The notes beneath the pieces were generated by a model, which saw nothing but the letters and a program-made list of their open reading frames with translations, was not told where the DNA came from and searched no databases. A DNA stretch of 62,926 nucleotides, filler included, from Olpidium bornovanus S191 (Eukaryota; Fungi; Olpidiomycota): assembly GCA_017911155.1 (NCBI GenBank). It is 30 parts of 30 records of this genome, joined end to end, with 100 filler letters (N's around TTAATTAATTAA, not from the genome) between each part and the next. Parts side by side here need not be neighbours in the genome. Positions count along the whole stretch, not along the records: positions 61,362 to 62,926 come from JAEFCI010000216.1; 29 more parts are not named here. The stretch is one strand, 5' to 3'. This document shows, one piece after another, positions 62,195 to 62,926 of the stretch. The stretch's first letter is position 1. The number at the start of each line of letters is the position of its first letter. A program made the position numbers and the translations under genes.

Positions 62195-62595
62195 GCCTAC
62201 GTCGATCCGCGGCGCCTGGTACCCGAAAAGCCGTTCCTCCGCGAACAGAGGGTAGGTGAACTCGGGCGGGAACGTGGCGGCGGCGGCGTTCCGGTCTTCC
62301 CCTTCGTCGCCCTGATCCCTCGCCGGACGGACTGGGCGATCAAACGTGTAGAAAGGGGCGTCAGAAAGATTCCCGATGCCGGGCGGCGTGTGCGTGCGTG
62401 CGTGTGTGCGTGCTGTGCGTGGCGAGGGAGCAGAACGACCCCGCGCTCCGCTTCCGTCCAGCCCTCCCCCATCCCCCTTCGTCCCCGGCTCAGGAACTCG
62501 CTCGCTTGCTCGCGCGCGCGTCAGCGGTTGTTACCCAAGGAGAGGACGAACGCGGCGTTCGAGTCGCTGACCCAGTCGTTGCACGACGCCACCAT
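61362..62595 (-). CDS. HAT1: Histone acetyltransferase type B catalytic subunit (3' partial, spliced)
   Basis: DWVSDSNAAFVLSL | FPPEFTYPLFAEERLFGY | LQFASGSLVPYYSFTY...DDVVGELRKWLPED | FRPLGDKVHEY...VYEIHK | FAKYFRRAQIFNIFFIEGATFLDEDDRW. Confidence 0.95.
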
Positions 62596-62637
62596 GCCCG
62601 GTTGCATCGAATGTCCCAACGTGGAAAAGGGAGAAAC

Positions 62638-62648
<11 letters not shown>

Positions 62649-62694
<46 letters not shown>
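62649..62694 (+). repeat. (GA)n microsatellite upstream of HAT1
   Basis: Read directly. Confidence 0.95.
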
Positions 62695-62699
<5 letters not shown>

Positions 62700-62842
62700 G
62701 TCCGCGCAGGAAAAGCCCGTGGGGGTCCTTGGCTCGCGGCCTGGGCTTTTTCTTTTCCGTGGTGGGCTGGGGACAGGGGGCGCGGGGGCCAGGCGCGGGT
62801 GGAGAGGAGCGGGCGGGGTCGGAATGTGGCGGGGCGGGGGAG

Positions 62843-62888
<46 letters not shown>

Positions 62889-62926
62889 GGGTGCTGCCCG
62901 GCTCCCCTCCCCCCCCCGCGCTCCCC

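Overview
This window is not a contiguous locus. It consists of 30 short eukaryotic contigs (about 1.1-5.2 kb) joined by 29 identical artificial 100-nt linkers (44 N + TTAATTAATTAA + 44 N), so neighbouring segments carry no synteny information. The DNA is GC-rich, CpG-rich and intron-rich, with fungal-type GT(G/A)AG/GTACG donors, (C/T)AG acceptors and long homopolymer tracts. The gene content points to an early-diverging (non-Dikarya) fungus; this is an inference from a Zn2Cys6 factor, a Uds1 domain, a Mortierella-like delta-5 desaturase and a TRAF7-like ligase. Recognisable genes, mostly partial: delta-5 desaturase, GCS1 ArfGAP, an LRR protein, RPB1, RPP2, a ZRT3-like ZIP transporter, ThrRS, TRAF7-like, a Uds1-domain protein, pyridoxal kinase, SGF11, a PA2G4/Arx1-like M24 protein, SAH1, PRP28, DCAF11/WDR23, an FHA tail-anchored protein, a PHD-finger protein, an NDP-sugar dehydrogenase and HAT1. 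Mobile DNA includes a decayed pogo/Tc5 transposase, two decayed copia pol fragments, and two LTR-element 5' ends with a half-tRNAiMet primer-binding site (GGTTATGAGCCC), one of them in front of a Gag that looks Ty3-like. No rRNA, tRNA or CRISPR array is supported. The best leads are the half-tRNA-primed LTR elements, an unrecognised Pro-rich heptapeptide-repeat protein, the bacterial-type NDP-sugar dehydrogenase, a divergent RPB1, a Zn-cluster gene broken by micro-duplications, and the strong enrichment of CATG at contig ends. I found no clear multi-gene novel system, and the fragmentation means one could not be seen here.
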